A DNA stretch of 64,000 nucleotides from Candidatus Buchananbacteria bacterium (GTDB lineage Bacteria > Patescibacteriota > Patescibacteriia > Buchananbacterales > UBA6539), in contig JBAYLH010000001.1 in the NCBI GenBank assembly GCA_041664165.1, positions 9,469-73,468 of the forward strand, in the 5' to 3' direction. Both the position numbers and the translations under genes were made by a program. This document shows positions 43,777-51,904 of this stretch, piece after piece. Below the pieces are notes generated by a model. The model made no database searches and was not told where the DNA came from. It saw only the letters and a program-made list of their open reading frames with translations. Each line of letters opens with the position of its first letter. Position 1 is the stretch's first letter.

Positions 43777-45207
43777 TTAATCGGCCATGGCGGTATCAAA
43801 GCCTTCTTCGGCCTCCACGCCTTTGGCTAAAGCAATATTGGCATCTTTTAAAGCCTTCTGGCTGGCCGGACTGGGCGCGCCCATCATTAAATCGCGGCTG
43901 TCGCCGGTTTTCGGAAAAACAATCACTTCGCGGATATTTAGTTCATTTTGTAAAATTGCCATAATCCGATCAATCCCCGACGCAATACCGCCATGCGGCG
44001 GGGCGCCAAAAGTAAAAGCTTCCAACATGTGGCCGAACCGAGCCTGGATTTCTTCTTCTTTCAACCCTAAAAGTTCAAAGACTTTTTGCTGGACTTCGCG
44101 CTGATGAATTCTGATTGAACCGCCAGAAATCTCAAAACCATTTAAAACCAAATCATAGCCATAAGCCCGCCATTTTCTCGGCTCGTCGGGATATTTTTGC
44201 ATATCTTCCGAGTTAGGCATGGTAAAAGGATGATGGCTGGCCACGAGTTTCTTTTCCGTTTCCGAATACTTAAACATCGGCGGATCAATTAACCACATAA
44301 AAGCCAATTCATTTGAATCTTCTTTATTTTTCCTTAAATCCGGCTTATCAGTACCATATTTTTCCAGACATTCGGCGTAAGTCAGCCGCGGGAAAGGTTT
44401 GGTCATTATTTTTTTATCCGGATACAGAGTTTCTACTAATTTGATCATCATCGGCTCAATTAACGCAAAAAGGTCTTCCTGGTCGACAAAACTCATTTCC
44501 AAATCAAGCTGGGTAAATTCCGCCTGGCGGTCGCCGCGGGTATCTTCATCGCGGAAACAGCGGGCAATCTGAAAATATTTTTCCACGCCGGCCACCATCA
44601 AAAGCTGCTTAAATTGCTGGGGCGACTGCGGTAAAACGTAAAACTGACCCGGCCAAAGCCGCGACGGGACTAAAAATTCTCGGGCGCCTTCCGGCGTGCC
44701 TTTGGTTAAAATCGGCGTTTCCACTTCCAAAAATCCCTCTTGGTCCAAATAATCACGAATAAATTTAACTACCCGGTGCCGCATCGTTAAATTATTTTTC
44801 ATTCTCTCGGTGCGCAAATCCAAATAACGGTATTTCAGCCTGATTTCTTCGTTAACTTGGCTTGAGTCTTTATCTAATTCAAATGGCGGCGTTTTGGCTT
44901 CGTTTAAAATTTCCAATTTTTCGCCGGTCATTTCCACGGTGCCGGTCGGAATCTTGTCATTAATCATTTTTTCCGGCCGTAAATTGATAGTACCTTCAAT
45001 GCAAATTACGAATTCCGACCGCAATGACATGGCTAAATTATGCGCCTCGGCGAATTTGGGCTCAAAAACCACCTGCAAAACCCCGCTTCGGTCGCGCAAA
45101 TCAATGAAAATTATCTTACCGTGGTCGCGCCGAGTATGAACCCAGCCGCAAATTCTGACCTTTTCTCCGGCCTTTTTAACCACCTCCGCAATTACTGTTT
45201 TTGTCAT
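43777..45207 (-). CDS. aspS: Aspartate--tRNA ligase, compact form (no GAD insertion domain)
   Basis: N-terminal OB fold, FRDEDTRGDRQAEFTQLDLEMSF motif 2, GGIASGIDRI motif 3. 476 aa. Confidence 0.8.
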   Translation of the reverse strand: MTKTVIAEVVKKAGEKVRICGWVHTRRDHGKIIFIDLRDRSGVLQVVFEPKFAEAHNLAMSLRSEFVICIEGTINLRPEKMINDKIPTGTVEMTGEKLEILNEAKTPPFELDKDSSQVNEEIRLKYRYLDLRTERMKNNLTMRHRVVKFIRDYLDQEGFLEVETPILTKGTPEGAREFLVPSRLWPGQFYVLPQSPQQFKQLLMVAGVEKYFQIARCFRDEDTRGDRQAEFTQLDLEMSFVDQEDLFALIEPMMIKLVETLYPDKKIMTKPFPRLTYAECLEKYGTDKPDLRKNKEDSNELAFMWLIDPPMFKYSETEKKLVASHHPFTMPNSEDMQKYPDEPRKWRAYGYDLVLNGFEISGGSIRIHQREVQQKVFELLGLKEEEIQARFGHMLEAFTFGAPPHGGIASGIDRIMAILQNELNIREVIVFPKTGDSRDLMMGAPSPASQKALKDANIALAKGVEAEEGFDTAMAD

Positions 45208-45214
45208 ATTTCTA

Positions 45215-45265
45215 CTAATTACGAATAAATACGAATATACAAATACCTAAATTCGTATATTCGTC
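45215..45265. repeat. Palindromic intergenic repeat element, second copy
   Basis: attacgaataaatacgaatatacaaatacctaaattcgtatattcgt. Confidence 0.5.
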
Positions 45266-45345
45266 CAAATTAGTACTTCGCAGTGAACAAAAATGTTATA
45301 AATTAACACTAATATCATACTATCTTTTGGCTTTTTTCGCAACTC

Positions 45346-45374
45346 TTGACAAAACGAAAAAAAGACGGTAGTAT
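45346..45374 (+). promoter_or_regulatory. Near-consensus promoter TTGACA-N17-TAGTAT of cassette iv
   Basis: ttgacaaaacgaaaaaaagacggtagtat. Confidence 0.5.
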
Positions 45375-45457
45375 AGAAATCTATTACTATGTTCCTTTGT
45401 CTCAAATCTGTGGTAAACGCAACCGATTAACTGCTGCCCCGTAAAGGAGGTGATAAC

Positions 45458-45709
45458 GTGGCTACTGCAATTGCGACACCCGACCAGATTCTCCGTGATC
45501 TACTCCAGGCCTGCCATGACGCCAGCGGACACTTGATTCTAGCGGCATTCGAAGAAGATAAGTTCAGAGCCTTAACCCTGGAGGAAGGAGCCCATCATGG
45601 AATCAAAGACGCACCCCAGCCCGACCAGCGCTGGAAAAACCAGGTCACTATGCCGGCCGGCGAGGTTTTTGAGATACGTACACCTCATCCTCTCGCATTG
45701 GCCGACTAA
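45458..45709 (+). CDS. Hypothetical 83-aa protein (GTG start) at the edge of the GC-rich pyr island
   Basis: RBS gtaaaggaggtgataacGTG; MATAIATPDQILRDLLQACHDASGHLILAAF...; followed by a terminator. Confidence 0.45.
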   Translation: MATAIATPDQILRDLLQACHDASGHLILAAFEEDKFRALTLEEGAHHGIKDAPQPDQRWKNQVTMPAGEVFEIRTPHPLALAD

Positions 45710-45730
45710 TAACACAGGCCCCCCCTCTCC

Positions 45731-45763
45731 GAGAGAACGCCAAAAACGTCCTCTCTTTTTTTT
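45731..45763 (+). terminator. Terminator (gagagaacg-ccaaaaa-cgtcctctc plus T8). An adjacent hairpin serves the convergent pyr operon
   Basis: Stem with one mismatch, then T8. The minus-strand hairpin accgcttctactcctgcagggaatgggagcggc plus T7 lies at 45766-45810. Confidence 0.45.
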
Positions 45764-45815
45764 ATAAAAAAAGCCGCTCCCATTCCCTGCAGGAGTAGAA
45801 GCGGTTTTTGGCTTT

Positions 45816-47459
45816 TCAAGCATGAATAGCCGAGACAATTTGCCCAGTACTGAAGCGATGCCGACAGTAAGCACAGTCGAAACTGGTCTTACCATCATAC
45901 GAATTGACATGAAGAAAACTTTCAGCTTCCGGGTCAATTCGGGTCACACAAGCTTCGTTGGGGCATATAAAGATCCTCGCAACTGCGGTTGGCGGACGAA
46001 ACATCAGCTTGCGATACAGACTTTCCTTCAATTCAATAACCCGCAAACTACCGACCAAGAGTGTCAGCGCCGCCAACACATCCTCTGACACAAACGCATC
46101 GGGCAAAAAGACAATATCCTTTCTACCCATTTCAGTTGACCTCTGGCGCTGAGCAATAATACTTGAGCTGCCAAGTCCTCCATGCACACCGGCACGGTTA
46201 ATAACGGCATCAACCATCAACCCAAAACCAGCCGTAATCCGATCAAGCACCATTCCCTTGTCTAAAGGATTAATAGCACGCTGTTCCGCTTGCCATCGTT
46301 CCTGCATTTTCTGCCAGTGGCTATGAATCTCCTCTGACGCCAAAACATCATAGGGAAACGATTTTGGAATGGTCAGCAAGTCCATATGCTGTTTTCGGTG
46401 CCCCCAACACATCTGGAAAACCGCCGTACGAGTTGGCGAACCCATTATTGCTTGTATATCCATAATAACCTGAGATTCGTTCCATATTGCCGGATCAATC
46501 ATCGGCCGCAAGACATCAAGCGGTTGAGCATCCATAATCAATGCCTCAGACTTATCAATAAATCGCCTATTAACCTGAATGGCCGAAAGAATAGCCTCAG
46601 CATCAGCGATAGTCATAACATTGCCCAACCGTTCGATTTGCGTTCGAATAGTATAGACAACATTATAAGCCACAGCATCGTCGAGCTTATCAGACACTGC
46701 AACGCGAAGACCCTGACATCGCCAAGCTTCAACCTGAAAAGAGTCAGGTGCAACCAACAGATATTGAATCTTGAAGTGCCGGCCTAAATCAAGCCAGCTG
46801 TTAGTTACCCGGCTATTACGCAAATCACCGACCAGTGCAATTTTCAGATTATCAAAGTGATTGGTAATAAACTCCGCCAAATCATCATCTGTGAGCTGTG
46901 TCAGACTAGATTCCAACCGCGCTACGCCAATTTCATTATTGGACGTCATTCCCAGGGCATGAGCAACAATCGTTACCATATCAAGCAGCACTTGCGTCGG
47001 ATGATTTTGCCGCCCGTCGCCGCCATTGATAATTGGCGTCTCCCGAAACCATTCAGGAAAACGACTAGATTCCCGCTCAAGATACAATGCCGCCTGCGTC
47101 GCATAACCTTCAACTGTTGTACGATAGCACATCATCCGATTCTGCTGTTGAATCGCCGTAATGGTTGCACGCGTTGGCGGTTCACCCTTCTTTAAGCTAC
47201 TAGTCTCTGGCGTAATCGGATTTGAACAACGAAAACCAGCCCGGACAGCGGCTTCTCTTAGAGTCCCAATCGTCCGCGAAGATGGTTCCTCAAACAAAAA
47301 TCCAACCTGAGGTACTAACCATCCGTCGCTGAATTCCAGTCGCAATTCGGGAGGTGGCAACTGATTACGGTAGTAGTAAGGCACCAAACGCAGCGCCCGC
47401 ACCACAACAGCGAGAATTTCATCTCGTGTCAATAAGTTTATTCCAATACAATGTTTCAT
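45816..47459 (-). CDS. pyrB: Aspartate carbamoyltransferase, fused catalytic (PyrB) and regulatory (PyrI) chains
   Basis: STRTR-like FEEPSSRTIGTL and HPTQ motifs in the N-terminal 300 aa. C-terminal EMGRKDIVFLPDAFVSEDVL...ICPNEACVTR...DCAYCRHRF matches the PyrI allosteric and zinc domains. Start taken at MKHCIGINLL with RBS gaaggagg; the track ORF extends to 47558. Confidence 0.8.
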   Translation of the reverse strand: MKHCIGINLLTRDEILAVVVRALRLVPYYYRNQLPPPELRLEFSDGWLVPQVGFLFEEPSSRTIGTLREAAVRAGFRCSNPITPETSSLKKGEPPTRATITAIQQQNRMMCYRTTVEGYATQAALYLERESSRFPEWFRETPIINGGDGRQNHPTQVLLDMVTIVAHALGMTSNNEIGVARLESSLTQLTDDDLAEFITNHFDNLKIALVGDLRNSRVTNSWLDLGRHFKIQYLLVAPDSFQVEAWRCQGLRVAVSDKLDDAVAYNVVYTIRTQIERLGNVMTIADAEAILSAIQVNRRFIDKSEALIMDAQPLDVLRPMIDPAIWNESQVIMDIQAIMGSPTRTAVFQMCWGHRKQHMDLLTIPKSFPYDVLASEEIHSHWQKMQERWQAEQRAINPLDKGMVLDRITAGFGLMVDAVINRAGVHGGLGSSSIIAQRQRSTEMGRKDIVFLPDAFVSEDVLAALTLLVGSLRVIELKESLYRKLMFRPPTAVARIFICPNEACVTRIDPEAESFLHVNSYDGKTSFDCAYCRHRFSTGQIVSAIHA

Positions 47460-47475
47460 AATTTCCCTACCTCCT

Positions 47476-48378
47476 TCATCTACATTCTGCCTTTTTCTGC
47501 CTGAACTCTTCCAAGCTACCAAACCCATTCTGCTCCAACCAACCTGCAATTCCCTCAATGATTTCTGCCATCACCAAGGGATTGCCAAAATTGGCTGTCC
47601 CGACTGCCACCGCGCTAGCGCCGGCCCAAAGAAACTCCAGGGCGTCGCTAGCCGAGGCAATACCACCCATGCCAATCACCGGGATTTTTACCGCCCGGCA
47701 AACTTCCCAAACCTTTCGCAGGGCTTGCGGCATTATCGCCGGACCCGACAAACCACCACTGATAATAACTTGACCCGTATTGGGATTAATGCGCATGGCA
47801 GTAAACGTGTTGACCGCCACAATCGCATTAGCTCCTTCTCGTTCGGCCGCTTTGGCAATGGCGGCAATGTCAGTTACGTTCGGTGTCAACTTGACGATCA
47901 AAGGCAGGCCAGTTGCCAACCTCGTAGCACGGACGATCTCAGCGGTGAGCTGAGGGTCAGTACCGATGATTGTGCCGCCGACATTGGGACAAGAGATATT
48001 AAGTTCAATGCCACTGATTCTGGTGTCCCCAAGACATTGCGCCAAATGCACGTATTCCTGTGGCGTCTTGCCGGCAATACTGACGATGACCGGCTGGCCA
48101 AAGGACAGCCAGACCGATAACTCGTCCGCCAAGAATCTATCAATACCAGGACCAGCTAAGCCAATCCAATTGATTAGACCGCTCGCAGTCTCACGAAGCC
48201 GTGGCGGCGGATTGCCCGGCCTTGGCTCAATGGTAACGCTTTTAGTCACCAAAGCTCCGGGTCGAAACCGACCCGCCTCAAGGAGAATTTTCTGGCTTTC
48301 AATCCCCCAAGTGCCCGAAGCCGGAACTACCGGATTATCCATCCTGATTCCAGCTAATCCCACAGTTAAATCAACCAT
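47476..48378 (-). CDS. pyrD: Dihydroorotate dehydrogenase 1B catalytic subunit
   Basis: MVDLTVGLAGIRMDNPVVPASG start with RBS ggaggtg; FMN-binding pattern. Confidence 0.85.
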   Translation of the reverse strand: MVDLTVGLAGIRMDNPVVPASGTWGIESQKILLEAGRFRPGALVTKSVTIEPRPGNPPPRLRETASGLINWIGLAGPGIDRFLADELSVWLSFGQPVIVSIAGKTPQEYVHLAQCLGDTRISGIELNISCPNVGGTIIGTDPQLTAEIVRATRLATGLPLIVKLTPNVTDIAAIAKAAEREGANAIVAVNTFTAMRINPNTGQVIISGGLSGPAIMPQALRKVWEVCRAVKIPVIGMGGIASASDALEFLWAGASAVAVGTANFGNPLVMAEIIEGIAGWLEQNGFGSLEEFRQKKAECR

Positions 48379-49222
48379 TCCAATCCACCTCCGAAGCGTC
48401 AAAAATCGGCCCATCTTCGCAGACGTAACGAGTTTCACCGCTAGTCATTTTGACAACGCAGCCTTTGCAAACGCCCAAGGCGCAACCCATCACCTCTTCC
48501 AGAAAAACTGAGCAGTCAATTCCTGCTGCCCGACAGATACCCGCAACTTCAGCCATCATCGGCTTCGGTCCGCAAGTGAACAGCTGGATTTTACTCCAAT
48601 CAGGCAGACTTTCGTCGCGAAAGATTTCCCGGCAGAGATCAACTGCCGTTTTTCCAGCTTCCTGCTGAGTCGCAAATTTCAGCTCGACTCCCAGTTTCCG
48701 GAAATCTTCCAGTCCAAAGACATACCGATTATCGCGAAAACCAGCCGCGACAATGATCCGAGCTTGGGTCTGTTTTTTCGCCCAAGCAACCGGATAGCCA
48801 AACGAAGCTAAGCCGCAGCCACCGCCTAAAAAAATCAGGCACTCCGCGTCTGGCTTAATTGCCATTGCCTGGCCGCAAGGACCAAGCAGTGAAACTTCCA
48901 CTCCCTCTTTCCACCGAGCATATCGCTCTGTGTTCGGACCGACTGTCCGAAAGACCAGCCGGATAGTCTGGCCGTCCGTTGAGTAAACTGTGAACGGCCG
49001 CCGCAAAACCGAAGTTTGACTGGCCGCCACGGTTACAAATTGGCCAGGCCTAACCAATTTGGCAATTCCCGGACAAAGCAGGTCGGCGGCATAGATGCCG
49101 TCGTTGACTCCTTTGTCGGTTCGGCCAGGTGCCAGCCGAATTAGCTCTTGGACTGTTGCTGTCGTCGCTACTATCATATCACTCCTCCTCCTAAAATAGG
49201 CTAAGTTGAGACAAAATGGCAC
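48371..49222 (-). CDS. pyrK: Dihydroorotate dehydrogenase electron-transfer subunit (FAD/2Fe-2S)
   Basis: FAD/NAD fold plus C-terminal CALGVCKGCVVK...YVCEDGP iron-sulfur cluster ligands; RBS aggaggaggag. Confidence 0.8.
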   Translation of the reverse strand: MPFCLNLAYFRRRSDMIVATTATVQELIRLAPGRTDKGVNDGIYAADLLCPGIAKLVRPGQFVTVAASQTSVLRRPFTVYSTDGQTIRLVFRTVGPNTERYARWKEGVEVSLLGPCGQAMAIKPDAECLIFLGGGCGLASFGYPVAWAKKQTQARIIVAAGFRDNRYVFGLEDFRKLGVELKFATQQEAGKTAVDLCREIFRDESLPDWSKIQLFTCGPKPMMAEVAGICRAAGIDCSVFLEEVMGCALGVCKGCVVKMTSGETRYVCEDGPIFDASEVDWNG

Positions 49223-49231
49223 AAAAAAATA

Positions 49232-49258
49232 ACGGCCCGCGCCGTTAATCTTTGGTTG
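49232..49258 (-). terminator. Terminator downstream of recO, upstream of the pyr operon
   Basis: Minus strand taacggc-gcgg-gccgtta plus T7. Confidence 0.4.
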
Positions 49259-49307
49259 TCAAATAACAACCTCCTTCAAGAAATATTATCAGAGTTTAGC
49301 ACATCAG

Positions 49308-49877
49308 TCAAGGCCGCATTCTTCCCATTTTGACCAAAAACTTTTCCGTTTGCAGCGGAAATTCCAGGTGCTGGTTCAAAAAAATCTCAAGCTTTTTCCG
49401 GTCACCGGCAATGTCAGCCGGCGGCGCCATGCCCAGGATTGACAAAAGTTTAATCACGAAGGCTTGTTTGATTACCGGCCAATCCTGATTCGCCAAAGAA
49501 TTGCCATTAATCACGGCTAAATATTTAACCAATAAAACAAAAATTTTAGGGTCCGGCTCGCCGGTTTTGGTCATTTTTTCTACCAATTCTAAAGCGTAGC
49601 TGGCTAAAATCGTTTTTTTGAAATCACCGGCAATGCCGGAAAACTTTTTAAAGATTTGCGCGCCGGCAACGTGATCATGATTTTTACCCAAAGCCACCAT
49701 TAAATCAACAACTGCCAGCTGTTGCAGATGCGAATTCAATTTGCTTTTGATTTTTTTTGTTCCCTTGCCTAGGGCGAAAATTTTTCCTTTTTTGTCCGTA
49801 TAAATACTAAAAAGCTGATCCGCTTCGCCGCGATCAGTCTTTTTCAAAATTATTCCTTTGACTTGATAAGTCGCCAT
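49308..49877 (-). CDS. recO: DNA repair protein RecO (short form)
   Basis: MATYQVKGIILKKTDRGEADQLFSIYTDKKGKIFALGKG is the N-terminal OB fold. Confidence 0.65.
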   Translation of the reverse strand: MATYQVKGIILKKTDRGEADQLFSIYTDKKGKIFALGKGTKKIKSKLNSHLQQLAVVDLMVALGKNHDHVAGAQIFKKFSGIAGDFKKTILASYALELVEKMTKTGEPDPKIFVLLVKYLAVINGNSLANQDWPVIKQAFVIKLLSILGMAPPADIAGDRKKLEIFLNQHLEFPLQTEKFLVKMGRMRP

Positions 49878-49911
49878 AGCCTTTCTTGCCGTCAGCTAAA
49901 ACAAAAATCAA

Positions 49912-50343
49912 CTAATGATTCAATTTGTCTAAATAGCTTTGGAGTATCAACATGGCCGCGACGGCATCATCGGGGCCTTTTTTAACTAAGTCCCGGCGCA
50001 AGCCATTCGCCATTTTAGTGCTTAACCGCTCATCCTCAGTTTCAACCGGTAAATCAATATTTTCTTTAAGCCAGGCAACAAAATTTAAAACTTCTTGCAT
50101 CTGCTTATTCTGCAAATCAACCTCGCGAAATAACTCCCCGTTTCCTTTAGCTCGCATGCTGACCGGAACACCAACGATAATTTTTTCAATCTGGTGCTCC
50201 TGGCAAACTTCGTTTAAACGGGCTAAAATTTCCGGCTGGCTTTTGCCGGTTAAAATTTCCAGCGGCAAGGCAAATTTATTAGCTTCATCTGATTTAGCCA
50301 AGCCGATTTTTTTCGCGCCGTAATCAATGCCTAAAATAGCCAT
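49912..50343 (-). CDS. ruvX: Holliday-junction resolvase-like YqgF/RuvX
   Basis: MAILGIDYGAKKIGLAKSDE. Confidence 0.8.
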   Translation of the reverse strand: MAILGIDYGAKKIGLAKSDEANKFALPLEILTGKSQPEILARLNEVCQEHQIEKIIVGVPVSMRAKGNGELFREVDLQNKQMQEVLNFVAWLKENIDLPVETEDERLSTKMANGLRRDLVKKGPDDAVAAMLILQSYLDKLNH

Positions 50344-50448
50344 ACATTAAATTTTTAATTTTAAAATTAGAATTTCAATTCAATATTTCAATATTCTAAT
50401 ATTTAAAATTCATTAAAAATTAAAAATTATAATTTATGAAAGAGTATA

Positions 50449-51228
50449 TTAGATTTTGGTTAGAATCTCAACCCCACCTTTAGTCACCGCGACTGTGTGT
50501 TCAAAATGAGCGCAAAGCTGGCCGTCAGCCGTAAAAACTGCCCAGCTGTTAGGCGAAAAAATCACGGCCGGTTTCCCGACATTGACCATCGGTTCAATCG
50601 CTAAAACCATGCCGGCTTCCAGTCTAACCGGTTTCTGCTTGGCGTCAAAATAATTCGGAATTCTCGGATCCTCGTGAACCGCATAACCGACGCCATGGCC
50701 GACTAATTGGCGGACAATGGAAAAGCCTTCAGCCTCAACATATTTTTGAATGGCTGAACCGATATCGGAAATATAATTGCCTTCTTTAATTTGACTGATG
50801 CCGATGGCTAAAGATTTTTCCGTCACTTTGATTAATTTGCGGGTGGCGGCAGAAATTTTGCCGATCGGAATCGTTACCGCCATATCGGTAAAATAGCCAG
50901 TCCCGGTCGCTGGATATTTCATGCCGATGTCAATACTTAAAATATCACCGTTTTGCAGCTGGTAATTGCCGGGTGCCCCATGAACCAACTCGTTATTGAC
51001 CGAAGCGCAAATGGTGCCGGGAAAAGGAATTTCATTAACACCTTCTTTATAATTTTTAAAAGCCGGAACCCCGCCCCGAGCTAAAATTAATTTCTCTGCC
51101 AATTCGTCGAGTTCAATGGTTTTAATGCCAATTTTAGCCGCTTTGACTAATTCGGATAAAATTTCCGCTAAAATTTTACCGCCGGTTTTAATCGCTGCAA
51201 TTTCCTCGGCTTTTTTTATCGTAATCAT
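50449..51228 (-). CDS. map: Methionine aminopeptidase type I
   Basis: Pita-bread-fold metal ligand pattern. 259 aa. Confidence 0.85.
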   Translation of the reverse strand: MITIKKAEEIAAIKTGGKILAEILSELVKAAKIGIKTIELDELAEKLILARGGVPAFKNYKEGVNEIPFPGTICASVNNELVHGAPGNYQLQNGDILSIDIGMKYPATGTGYFTDMAVTIPIGKISAATRKLIKVTEKSLAIGISQIKEGNYISDIGSAIQKYVEAEGFSIVRQLVGHGVGYAVHEDPRIPNYFDAKQKPVRLEAGMVLAIEPMVNVGKPAVIFSPNSWAVFTADGQLCAHFEHTVAVTKGGVEILTKI

Positions 51229-51230
51229 AG

Positions 51231-51869
51231 TTATATCTTACTGGCTTGATTAATGATTTGATCAATCTGCTGATAGACCTCTTCAATTGATTTCGCGCCA
51301 TCAACTCGGTAAAAAATTCCTAATTCTTTATAAACCTTTACCAATGGCTCGGTTTCTTGATGGTAAATTTCCAGCCGTTTTTTAATTGCTTCCGGCTCGT
51401 CGTCATCCCGCCGAAAAAGTTTATCCCCGCATTTATCGCAAATGCCGCTGACCTTGGGCGGACAATAATTAACGTGATAGCTTAAACCGCATTTACAAGC
51501 CAAGCGGCCGGTCAGCCGGTCAATTGCCTGCTGATCGGTCAAATCAATGGCAATGGCCAAATCAATTTTAGTAATGCCCCTAATGAACTCTAGCTGACTT
51601 TTATTTCTCGGATACCCGTCTAACACAAAACCAACCGCGCAATCGGGTTGGTGGATTCTATCGGAAACGATCTGATTGGTTAAATTGTCCGGAACTAAAT
51701 GGCCGGCATTAATGGCCGCCGCAACCTGTTTGCCGATTTCAGTTTGGTTTTTTAAATTATAACGAAATATATCGCCGGTAGAAATATACGGCCAGCCGTG
51801 CCGGCGGGCAATTGATTCTGCTTGCGTTCCCTTACCTGAACCCTGGGGACCAAAAATAATTAGACGCAT
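51231..51869 (-). CDS. adk: Adenylate kinase with zinc lid
   Basis: GPQGSGKGTQ P-loop, CKCG...CDKCG lid. Confidence 0.9.
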   Translation of the reverse strand: MRLIIFGPQGSGKGTQAESIARRHGWPYISTGDIFRYNLKNQTEIGKQVAAAINAGHLVPDNLTNQIVSDRIHQPDCAVGFVLDGYPRNKSQLEFIRGITKIDLAIAIDLTDQQAIDRLTGRLACKCGLSYHVNYCPPKVSGICDKCGDKLFRRDDDEPEAIKKRLEIYHQETEPLVKVYKELGIFYRVDGAKSIEEVYQQIDQIINQASKI

Positions 51870-51904
51870 AATTCTAAAAGCTAAATGCTGAAAGCTAAAA
51901 GCTT

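Noticed and set aside
45572-47195. ORFs 45572..45937(-), 45822..46088(+), 45958..46152(+), 46386..46787(+), 46857..47195(+)
   Set aside because: They overlap or are antisense to the pyrB-pyrI fusion gene and the small plus-strand ORF, in a GC-rich region prone to long spurious frames.
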